From assembly GCA_013265495.1 (NCBI GenBank), contig MU058198.1, positions 7,393,779 through 7,457,778 of the forward strand: a stretch of 64,000 nucleotides of DNA. Direction: 5' to 3'. Each line of letters starts with the position of its first letter. Within the stretch, counting starts at the first letter, position 1. The notes under the pieces are model-generated. The model ran no database searches, had not been told where the DNA came from, and saw only the letters and a list, made by a program, of their open reading frames with translations. Shown here one piece after another: positions 14,235-26,200 of this stretch. The position numbers were made by a program, and so were the translations under genes. The stretch is from Vicugna vicugna. Lineage: Eukaryota.

Positions 14235-17200
14235 ATGCAGAGCAGCCCCTCCCCTGCTCACCCTCAGCTCCCAATCTTGCAAACACAGGTTTGAAAGTGG
14301 GGAAGGTTCCTTCTCTGCTTTTACTTTGTGGGTTGCTGACTCTGAGGCAGAAGAAATGTGGCAGGTCTTGGCCATATTTTCATAAATAGCCTGGGTAGCT
14401 GAGTTTGGAGAATCTTTAATGCTCATGTCAGGCCTGTTGGATACTAATATTCTGCTTAACATTAGTATATCGTTGATCTCTAAGAGTATGGAAACTCCTC
14501 ATTGCCTGAAAAAGGTTGAATTAACCCGGTTGGAAATGGAGTTTGGGACAAAAGCCTTCTAAGACTGTGTGCTTTGAGAACTGGAACAAGATTAGCATTA
14601 TGGATGGTGTGTAATGTTTATTTTCTCATACCAAGGGAGTGCAGGAGGTAGGGAAAGAAATCATGACTTTTGAAACTGGACAGACCTAGATTTGTGAACA
14701 GTAGACTTTTGATGGTTATAGTAGGTTTGATATTTGTAATTCTGAAAAACAAGGGAATTCTGTGACATATAGTCTTTGGTCATTTAGCTGAGGTAGGAAT
14801 TTGAATGGCATACTGTGAAGCTTGTGTGCCAGAGTGAATTTCATGAGTTCCCTTACGGTCCACATTTAAGTAGAACTTTGTTCTGTACTTTTTATTGCTT
14901 GTGCAGTACCTTGTAATACGTGGGTGTTTAAGAACAGTGACCAATCCTCTCCTTTTCTTCCCGCTTTCAGTAAAGGAAACTACCAAGACTTTTTGTTTGT
15001 TTGTTTTTAATGGAGGTACTGGGGATTGAATCCAGGACCTTGTGCATGCTAAGCATGTACTCTGCCACTGAGCTCTTCCTCCCTGCTAAGAATGGTGATG
15101 AACATAAAGAGGTTTAGGTGATCTAGGACTTTTTTGATGTGATTTGGATTTGGTGGAGGCTTAAATTTACTTGCATAGATGAATCTGCCATACTGGCTGT
15201 GAAAAGGAAGGAAAAATAGGGAATTGTTTATATGAGTGAAATGATTGAGGTCCTGAAAGGATCATTAAAATTTGAAGTCATACGCTATAGTAGTAGTCTT
15301 GAATTTGAGAACTATGTAAATGTCAGGCTACAATTCCTCTTGCATGCCAAGTGTTTACTGGAAACATGGCTTTGCCTCCTTGAGCACCTTATTAAAACTT
15401 ATTAAATCCCAAGTGCTGTGTTTATAAAAATGAGGTTGATACCTTACTCCAGAGTTTTTTCTTGTGAAGACTGAATAAAATAATATGCTTAAATCCCCTG
15501 GTAGAGTGCTGCTAAGAATTCATTTTATCTGTCATTTCCCTCTTTTCTAGATGGTGTCGGACGGCATGACAGGCAGCAATCCTGTGTCCCCTGCCTCATC
15601 CAGTTCCCCAGCCTCTAGTGGGGCAGGTGGCATCTCCCCGCAGCATATAGCTCAAGATTCCTCTTTGGATGGACCTCCAGGGCCCCCAGATGGTGCCACA
15701 GTGCCCCTGGAGGGGTTTAACCTACCCCAGGCTGCTGACCTGGCTAACAAGGGCCCAAAGTGGGAGAAGAGCCATGCTGAGATTGCAGAGCAAGCCAAAC
15801 ATGTATGTATTAGAAAGACCTGTGAGGCTTCTTGGGATTCTTTTTCCCTGAACTCGTATGTCTCATGGGTATTTTACATTTCTTTCCTTATCATTGATTT
15901 AGAATATAGGCTCTGCCTTGACGTACATGCTCTTGAACAAGTTGCTTGAACTCTGAGCCTCATTTTCTTTTCTGTAGAATAGGGATGGTATAATAGTGTA
16001 TAGACTGTTAAAAGGTTTAAATTAAAGGAGAAAATAGATATGAAAGTACTTTGTAAGCTATGAGGCTCTTAAGAGTTACTGGTGTCTACTTCTCATTTGC
16101 TACTTACAGTCTCTGTTACACTTACTAGAAGTGTGTTCCCTGGGCAAGCAACATCAGCATTATCTGGAAACTTATTAGAAATGCAGATTCTTTGTATCCT
16201 TTTTTACCTACCCATTTAAAACTCTAAGGATGCGGCCCAGCACTTTGTCTGAAAAAGCACTCCAGATGATTCTGATGCATGCTCAAATTTGAGAGCCATT
16301 GATCTAATAACTATGTCTTTTCTTGATGCTTCCTTCACCATCAGGCCATATAGTTCCCTCTCTCATCTGTGACTGTTAGTTCTTCTGATTTAGTGTTTGT
16401 CAGGAGAGGACAAGGGTAATGAGGGCAGTTGTCCTGAGTTTTTAAGTCACTTCTGTTAAATATAAATTTCAAGAGCTTTTATTTTTCTTCTTATGAGATA
16501 TAATCAATATAAAGACAGTGATATCTTTTGTTTTGTTTGTTTTTAGTGGGGAGGTAATTAGGTTTATTTATTTATTACTACTATTTTTATTTAATGGAGG
16601 TACTGGGGATCAAACCCATGACCTCATGCATGCTAAACTAAGCATGTGCTCTGCCACTGAGCTATACTCTCCCCCTAGACGATGTTACCTTTTTGTTATA
16701 CTGTTAATCTTTTTGTATATAATTTCAGTATTTTCTACAGGAAAAATACATTTTTATAAAAGTAGAACTTTTTGAAAACAAACAAGATTGTATAGATTGG
16801 ACTTTATAGCATATTTTTAAGCATGAACATACTTTTGTGTAAGTAGAATTCTACAGCAGTTAAGATCCCTTGTATCTAGAGTCCCTAAGGAAGCAATGCT
16901 CTCCCTGCTTCTCTGGGAAACTCCCTTTGGGATATATTTTCCAAAGTTTTGCCTACATTCATAGGGTATAGAGTGTGAAATAATGGAAAGAGCATTAAAT
17001 CTGGTACCTGGAGTCATTGGGCCAATTTTTAAGTCCCAGCCCTGTCACTTCCTATCTGTGTAATCTCAGATAAATCACTTAATATCCTGGATCTTTTTTT
17101 TTTCCCACTCACCTAAAGGGAGTATAATACTAGCTTGCAGGGTTAGGATGTGAACTCAAGACACGCATAAAACACGCCGTCCAATCAGTGCCTATACCTA

Positions 17201-20200
17201 CATAGCAGAACTCAGGAATTCAGCCCTGATCACGAGGTGGGGGTGTATGTCCAGTAACTTGAATGACCTGGCTCTCCCTTGCTAGGAAGCTGAGATTGAG
17301 ACCCGGATTGCTGAGCTGCGAAAGGAGGGTTTCTGGTCACTGAAGAGGCTACCTAAAGTGCCCGAGCCTCCCCGCCCCAAGGGCCACTGGGACTATCTGT
17401 GTGAGGAGATGCAGTGGCTCTCTGCCGACTTTGCTCAGGAGCGCCGTTGGAAACGAGGTGTGGCCCGTAAGGTATGTCCTCTACTGGGTCTGATACTTTC
17501 CATTTCTTTTTCAGATTTGGTTTTCTTTGATGGGTGGGTTGGATGGAAGAGAACAGATCATAACAGTAAGATGCTAGTTAATTAATGCCCATAGTCTCAA
17601 GAGGCAAGCTCTGACTTCCCAGCTTTCTTGGTCTTGACTGTTCTCTTTGCTTTTGACTTGGGGAGGGGCTGAGGGTCTGGCCTTCAAGTGTTTCCATGCT
17701 GGTTCCTTGTTCCCACAGGTGGTGCGTATGGTGATCCGGCACCACGAGGAGCAGCGGCAGAAAGAGGAACGGGCCCGAAGGGAGGAGCAAGCCAAGCTGC
17801 GCCGAATCGCCTCCACCATGGCCAAGGATGTTAGGCAGTTCTGGAGCAACGTGGAAAAGGTAGGCAACGGGGATTGGGAAAGGGAAATGCCTTTAGTTTG
17901 GTAAGTGGATAGATAGCATGGTGGCAGGAATGATCAAAACTTCTCTTTCAGAGAGTAAGTATTATAATTTCAAGCAACTCTAATGACATTTTTGTTATAT
18001 GTTGGACCTTTCTAGCTATGAGGAAGGAAAAAGTACAGTGGAAAAATAAGGGCTTTCTCTTTGGGGATTGTTAATAGGACTTCTTGACCCCTCTAGGCCA
18101 TCTGTCCTTTGCAGTAAGCATGTGTTTTCTAAAACACGTCTGTACCCTTTATCTACTTAAGTACCATGAAAGTTCTCATTAATTGAATTGTTCCCATATA
18201 TTAAATTGTAATTGTTTCTTAGATGTTAACCTGGTTTCTGTCTGTATTCTCATTCTTACCTCTTAATAGTTCTTTGTTTCTCTTTCCTACTTCAAAAATT
18301 CTTTTGTACATCTGTGGCCATTTACACATGCTCTTCAGCTGTTAGGAATGTCTTTCTCCTCATTTCCACTTAGGGAACATCAACTTAATCTTTAAGGTTC
18401 TGCTCCAGGTACATTTGTAAATCTTTCCCGCTGCCTGAGGCTAAGCTGGCTCTCCTTTCCCCTGTGTTCTCTTTCTGCTTTCCTCAGAGGCACTCTAAAA
18501 GGTCATTTAGCTCTTCCCTCTTGAAAATCTAGTCCTGCTGGCATAGAGGAGACTTCCCTAAATGTTGAGTAAGAGTACATGGAAAAAAGATTATTTTGGT
18601 AACCTGTCCATTTCATGCTTGTGACAGGTGGTGCAATTTAAGCAACAGTCTCGGCTTGAGGAAAAGCGGAAAAAAGCTCTGGACTTGCACCTGGACTTCA
18701 TTGTGGGGCAAACTGAAAAGTACTCAGATCTTCTGTCTCAGAGCCTCAACCAGCCATTAGCCTCCAGCAAAGCTGGTTCCTCCCCTTGCCTTGGCTCTTC
18801 CTCAGCTGCCTCTAGTCCTCCACCCCCAGTTTCCCGGATGGATGATGAAGGTGTGTGTCCTCTTTGGCTCTGTTACTCTTCCTCATGTACCCTTTCCAGA
18901 GCTGAAAACCCACCCTGTGGCTTGCAGGGCCCCGTGGACTTTGTGACCTTGTTCTCCTGCTATAGATGGGGACTTCCAACCCCAAGAGGAGGAGGAAGAG
19001 GATGATGAGGAAACGATTGAGGTTGAAGAACAGCAGGAAGGCAATGATGCAGAGACCCAGAGGCGTGAGATTGAGCTGCTTCGACGTGAGGGAGAATTGC
19101 CACTGGAAGAGCTGCTCCGTTCCCTCCCCCCTCAGCTGCTAGGAGGGCCTTCCAGCCCCTTGAGACCCCCCTCATCTCGCGATAGTGACACCCGAGATGG
19201 GCCTGAAGAAGGTGGTGAAGAAGAGCCGTCTCAGGTGTTGAAGGTATGGGCAGAAGGGATAGAGGGTGAGTTCAGAGAGGGAGCAGAGGAGGAGCTTCTA
19301 GGACTAAGTTCTGGTCTATGAGGCTGGTTGTGGCTTTCAGGATTTCTCCCTGGTCTGAGCAGTTAGGTTTTCATTTGGGGATGGATTGGAGAGAATCCGA
19401 GTTTGGGGCAAGTTACAGTCTGAGCTAGGCAGACATTCTGATGCCTAGAAGAGTGTACTGTACTCTACTCTTTGAATTAATGAGTAACCTTGAAAAAAAA
19501 TAGTTATTTACTTTTGGCCCTTGTCACTTACGTGAAATGGCCCTAATACTCCCTTGCTAGTTTGTAGGTTTGGACCTGGAGTGGTAATCTTGAAGTCTCT
19601 CTTGGACCTAAGATGTCTGTTTCTCCATGTGTCTGAGTGCGTGGGGTTGGTGTTGGGGGGGTGTGATTCTTTTCTAGCACTTTCACAGGTCCTCCCCCAG
19701 GCAGTGGGGCAAGGATTTGGTAGCTGGTGCTGAAATTGAAAACCTTTGATTACATCCTTGCCCTGGAACTGTGCCAGTGGCAACTGTCATTCAGTGGGAC
19801 AGAGAGACTGTTCTGTGATTTCTAATTTAATGTTGTGCCATTCTCCTGCTGCTCTAACTTTAGCCTTTCTCCTTTTTCATCCTTTGCGATACAGGTAAAG
19901 CCCCCACCCTCCTCTGTCACACAGCACAACAAACAGCATTGGCATCCAGATGAGGAAGATGAAGAGTTTACCGCCAATGAGGATGAAGGTTAGGCCTGTA
20001 CTTTATGCTGTTGCCTCTTACCCCTTGAATTGTGTGTACCTAATGTTTCAGCCTTTCTCACCTCTTTCACTTGGACTGTATCCTGACCTGTATTCCCATT
20101 TGTCTTCCTTCATTCTCTTTCCTAGCGGAGGATGAAGAGGATACCATAGCAGCTGAGGAGCAGTTGGAAGGGGATGTGGATCATGCCATGGAGCTGAGCG

Positions 20201-23200
20201 AGTTGGCACGAGAAGGTGACACTCACCACGCGTTTTACTGAGCATCCGCTCGTTATCTCTGTGCAAAGTGCCAGAGATAAAAGAGATGGATAAGACACTT
20301 TTATCTTTCCTGGAGGACCTCTAGGTCTAATGTGACAAAGCCAGATATATAAATGAATAATTACAAGTAGAATATTATGGTTATGATGGAAGTTTAAACA
20401 AAGTGATGTGAGAGCTCAGTGGAGGGAAGAGCTTTTGGAAGAGGATACTGGCCATGTTTTACTTGACCTTATAGGGGAGGTTCATTAGATTGATAACTGT
20501 CCCTCCTAATGGAAGGCAGCTCTGTCCATGATTGTAGCCCATGTTATGGGGCTTGGCCTTAGTAGCTGGTGCTGAAAGTAAACTCTTTTGCCTCCCCTCA
20601 GACCTAGGCTTAGCAGTGTCTGCAGAGACTGAGGTGGAATAAACTGGCACCACTCAGACCTCTCCTCCTTCCTTCTCCTTGAGGCCTAAGGCTTACCTTT
20701 CATTTCTCATCCAGGTGAGCTGTCTATGGAGGAGCTACTACAGCAGTATGCCGGAGCCTATGCCTCTGATGCCTCTGCCCCAGGTTCTGGGAGTAGTGAA
20801 GAGGACGATGAAGATGAAGTTGAGGCTAATAGCTCTGACTGTGAACCAGAGGGGGCTGCAGAAGCTGAAGAGGCTCCTCAAGAGGATAGTACCAGTCAGT
20901 CAGGTGAATGTGTGGTCATGAGGCAGGAACTGGGGAGGGCGGGCACTGAAAGCAGGTATGGTGAACACTAAGCCTTGCTCTTGTGCTTTAGACTCTGTTG
21001 AGGAGCAGAGTGAGGATGAGGAAGATGAGCAGTCAGAGGAGGAAGAAACAAGCGGAAGTTCAGAATCAGAGGAATCTGAGTCTGAGGAGTCTGAGGAGTC
21101 TGAGTCACAGAGCCAAGCAGATGAGGAAGAGGAGGAGGAAGATGATGACTTTGGGGTGGAGTACTTGCTTGCCCGGGATGAAGAACAGAGTGAGGCAGAT
21201 GGGGGCAGTGGACCTCCCACCCCAGGGCCCACCACCACTCTAGGCCCTAAGAAAGAAATTACTGATATCGCTGCAGCAGCTGAAAGTCTCCAGCCCAAGG
21301 GTTACACCTTGGCTACTACCCAGGTATTTTCAGGCCCTAGCATCTGCTTTCTCGTATCTTGACTTTTCTGTTTCTCAGTGACGTATGCCTCAGTTACATG
21401 TGATACTTCTCTTCCTCCGTGCCAGGTGAAGACACCCATCCCCCTGCTTCTGCGGGGCCAGCTCCGGGAGTACCAACACATTGGGCTGGACTGGCTGGTT
21501 ACTATGTATGAGAAGAAACTTAATGGCATTCTTGCTGATGAAATGGGATTAGGCAAGACGATCCAGACCATCTCCCTGCTTGCCCACTTGGCCTGTGAGA
21601 AAGGTAGCTAAGCAAGGCTCTTCCTTTTGTGTCCTCTTGGCTAATTCCTTGGGAAGCTTGTTTAGTGGTGACTTCAGCTGTAGCATAATGAAACAGTCTT
21701 TTGCTGCTAATTAGCTCATTGACTCTGATCAGTAACTATGTAGAGGGATCAATATAGGTGCTAGAATTCTTAGGAAGGGCCATTAGGACAAAATGGTCAT
21801 GGTAATTAATATGTGAGGAACCAGAACCCCAAAGTTACTAATTCCTTACCACCTCTCATCTTTTTAAAAATTCCTCTGTCCTAAATATTTCTGAATCTTA
21901 CTTTATTATTTAAAGTTGAGGATTATTTGACATAGAACATTGAAGTTTCAGATGTACAACATAATTCAGTATTTGTAAATATATTGCAAAATGACCAGCA
22001 CAATAAGAGTAGTAAATACCTGTCACCATACATAGTTACAAAACATTTGGTTTTTTTCTTGTAACAAGAACTTTTAAGATCTACTCTCCCAGCAACTTTC
22101 AAATATGCAATACAGTATTATTAACTATAGTCACCATGTTGTACATCTTTCATTCTTTTGCTAAACAGGTAACTGGGGTCCCCATTTGATCATTGTCCCC
22201 ACCAGTGTGATGTTGAACTGGGAGATGGAGCTGAAACGTTGGTGCCCCAGCTTTAAAATTCTCACATACTATGGAGCACAGAAAGAGAGGAAGCTCAAGC
22301 GGCAGGTTTGTCCCCCCATGTAATCACTCCCCTCCCCAATTGATGCTTCCTGTACTTTAAGGTCCTTTCTTCAAACGAATTCCTTTCCCTTCCCTCTTTG
22401 TTGCCCTTTCTGCTCCTGGGACTTTCCTCTTTCCTCCCAACCTGATTTCTGTCCTTTGAAGACCTTAGGTTGTCTTCTTTTTGTCTTGTCTTGTCTTGTC
22501 TTGTCTTGTCTTGTCTTGTCTTGTCTTCTCTTCTCTTCTCTTCTCTTCTCTTCTCTTCTCTTCTCTTCTCACCCCATTGTCTGCTTTCTCCTGATACTGC
22601 AGGGCTGGACCAAGCCCAATGCCTTCCATGTGTGTATCACATCTTACAAGCTGGTGCTGCAGGACCACCAGGCCTTCCGCCGCAAGAACTGGCGCTATCT
22701 TATTCTGGATGAGGCTCAGAACATCAAGAATTTCAAATCACAGCGCTGGCAGTCATTGCTCAACTTCAACAGGTAAAGATGGAGATGGGAATTCATGGGA
22801 GGGTTAACTTGGCTTGAAGAGTTGGAAGGTTGGGACTTTGCTGACCATCTTCCCTCTCTTTGCAGCCAGAGACGCCTGCTCCTGACAGGAACACCTTTGC
22901 AGAATAGCCTCATGGAACTGTGGTCCTTGATGCACTTTTTGATGCCCCATGTCTTCCAGTCTCATCGCGAGTTCAAAGAATGGTTCTCTAACCCCCTAAC
23001 TGGCATGATTGAGGGCAGCCAAGAGTACAATGAAGGTCTAGTCAAACGTCTCCACAAGGTAGGGACTGTAACAGTTTGTCAAGAGTGTTGGGAATGGTGG
23101 GGAACTAAGGGCAATACCCAGAAAACCCTTAGGGAGAGAGAAGTCAGTGCTAGGCTGAATTTATCCAATTGTCAAGCTGCGGTGTTCCAGTGACTAACCC

Positions 23201-26200
23201 ACTGCCAGATTGAGTGACCTCATCGTCACCATTCTGCTAGTTTTCTTTAATGGTGACATTTCTGTTCTTACTCTCTGAGTAGAATGATACTGCTGATCAG
23301 TTCCTGGCTTGGATTTCTCTTTACCTGACTTTCACAGCTTCATATTTTTGGTGTGTTCTCTCCTTCCTCTTTCTTCCTTCCTTCCTTTCTTTCTTTTCTC
23401 TTCCTTCCTTCCTTCTTTCTTTCTTTCTTTGTTTTCATTGTCGTCGTCATCATCTTTTTCTTTTTTTTTCTTTTTTTTCCTTTTTTGGTCTTCTGTGGCT
23501 CCTCTTTGCTCGTCCAGCGTCCAGCTTTTAAATAACACCTCTCAGCGTTCTGATTTTTTTTTTGTCTCCCAATTTACATATCTCATAGGCATACTCATTC
23601 ATAATTCCTTGACTCTCAACCTGTATTTAAATTTCTGATGATGTCTTACATTAAAAGTTCCTCTTGAACTCACTCTGTTCTGAGGCAAACATCTCAAGCA
23701 TTATAACCTATTATTTCTAGTCCATTTTGGTCAATCATGCTATTGTTTTGATAAATCAGACTGGAAACCAGGAAGTTTTCCTTAAGTATACGTCTTCTGT
23801 TTTAAAATTTTTAAATGTTTTAAATTGTTTTTCATTCTCGTTGAGATAAGATTGACATACCGCATTGTATAAGTTTCAGGTGTACAACATAATGATTTGT
23901 CTCTCATGCATCATGAAATGATTACCACAATAGGTTTAGTGAAACTGTAACTCTTCCTCCATTTTATCTTCTTTCACTTTTTTTTTTTTTACATTTTTAT
24001 TGATTCATAATCATTTTACAGTGTTGTGTCAAATTTCTTTCACTTTTTCCGAGTGAACTTGATCATTATGTCCTATCAGGTTTTACTTTTTTTGTGTGTG
24101 TGTGATTTAATGTAACTTTTATTTGATAAGATATAATCCCTATGGTGGGGAAGGGATAGATTAGGAGTTCAGCATTAACAGACACAAATTACTATATATA
24201 AACTAGATAAACAACAAGGACTTACTGCATAGCACAGGGATTCAATTTCAATTTCTTGTAATGAGCCATAATGGAAAAGAAACTGAAATGTATATAAGTA
24301 TGTACATGTATAACTGAATCGCTTTGCTGTACACCTGAAACTAACATTGTAAACCGACTATACTTCAATAAAAAATTAGGATAAAAAGATATAGCTATAA
24401 TCCCTGTAAATAATTAATTATTGCTCACATTCTTCATTGATGTTTCAAAATATTCTGACTTCTTTACATTTCTTTTTTTTTTTTTTTACATTTTTTATTG
24501 ATTCATAATCATTTTACAGTGTTGTGTCAAATTCCAGTGTTCAGCACAATTTTTCAGTCATTCATGGACATATACACACTCATTGTCACATTTTTTTCTC
24601 TGTGATTTATCATAACATTTTGTGTATATTTCCCTGTGCTATACAGTGTAATCTTGTTTATCTATTCTACAATTTTGAAATCCCAGTCTATCCCTTCCCA
24701 CCCTCTACCCCCCCCAAGGTTTTACTTCTTGAGAGCTCAGATTTGCCTTTTGTTTTCTATGCTGCTGTCAGTGCCACAAATTTTGTTCTTAGCTCCTCAT
24801 GTGAATTTATTCTCATAATCTTGTAAATTTACAGTGACTCCTTAAAATGTAATTTGACTCATCCTTTCTGCATAGCTAGTTGTTCTGACCTGAGTGCTTT
24901 CTTTTATCACTTCTTATTGTTGTGGTATCATCATCTTTCTATCTGTCTCTTTCATTATAGCCAATTTCTTGAGAGGAGGGCTTGCACTTGACTCATCTTT
25001 GTGTGATTGGTTCCTGGCATGCTGCATGGCTCCATGAGTGTTTACTGATGAGCTAAGCCAGCGCTCTGCTGGCCATCAGGCCAAGATCCAGCTAGAGGGC
25101 CTAGGCTGGGGCTCAGTGCCCACTGTTCTCCTGTCAGCCTCCTGCTTATTTGCTTTTAGGTTTTGCGGCCTTTTTTGCTGCGCCGAGTTAAGGTGGATGT
25201 TGAGAAGCAGATGCCTAAAAAGTATGAGCATGTTATCCGCTGCCGGCTCTCCAAGCGCCAGCGCTGTCTCTATGATGACTTCATGGCACAGACCACGTAA
25301 GGGAGGACTGAGGGTGGGCCTGGGACCCTAGACTGGAGCAGAGGTGATTATCAAGATGCCCCATTTATTTCTCCTTTCTCCCAGAACTAAGGAGACACTG
25401 GCCACTGGCCATTTCATGAGCGTCATCAACATTTTGATGCAGCTTCGAAAAGTCTGCAATCATCCAAACCTGTTTGACCCTCGACCTGTTACCTCCCCCT
25501 TCATCACTCCAGGCATCTGTTTCAGCACCGCCTCTCTGGTGCTAAGGGCCACTGATGTCCACCCTCTCCAGGTAAGCAGTTGTCCCCAAAGTTACTAGCC
25601 CTGCCTCAACCTTGCACCTCTTTTCTTTAGGCCGGAGTCTGACCTTTTGCATCCTTACTTCTGTCACCTCAGCATTATTCTAGTTTCATTGTTTTCTAAC
25701 TGTGTCACTTTGGGCAAGCTAATTATTAATCTCTAATCCTAAGTTAGCTTGCCCTTCAAAACAGGGAGTATGAGGCCTGTTCTGCAGTATGCTTGTGAAC
25801 ATGGTGTTAATATTTTTAGAAGTACTTGGTATATTAATAATACTTAAATATTTTGTTTTTCTACTCCTTCCCTCTTTTTGGCCATCTCCCCCTCAGAGTT
25901 TTGTTCTTATTATTGTAAAACACACAAAACAAATTTTACCACTTTAACCGTTCTTAAGTGTATGATACAGTGGCATTAAATACACTTACATTGTTATGCA
26001 ACCCTCACTACTATCCATTTTTAGAAATGTTTTCATCTTTCTAAACTGAAACTCCATACCCATCAAATAACAACTCCCCATTCTCCTCCTATCCCTAGCA
26101 CTTGGCAGCCACTATTCTACTTTCTGTCTCTCTAAATTTGCTATTCTAGATACTTCATATAAGTGGAATCATACAGTATTTGTCCTTTTGTGACTAGCAT

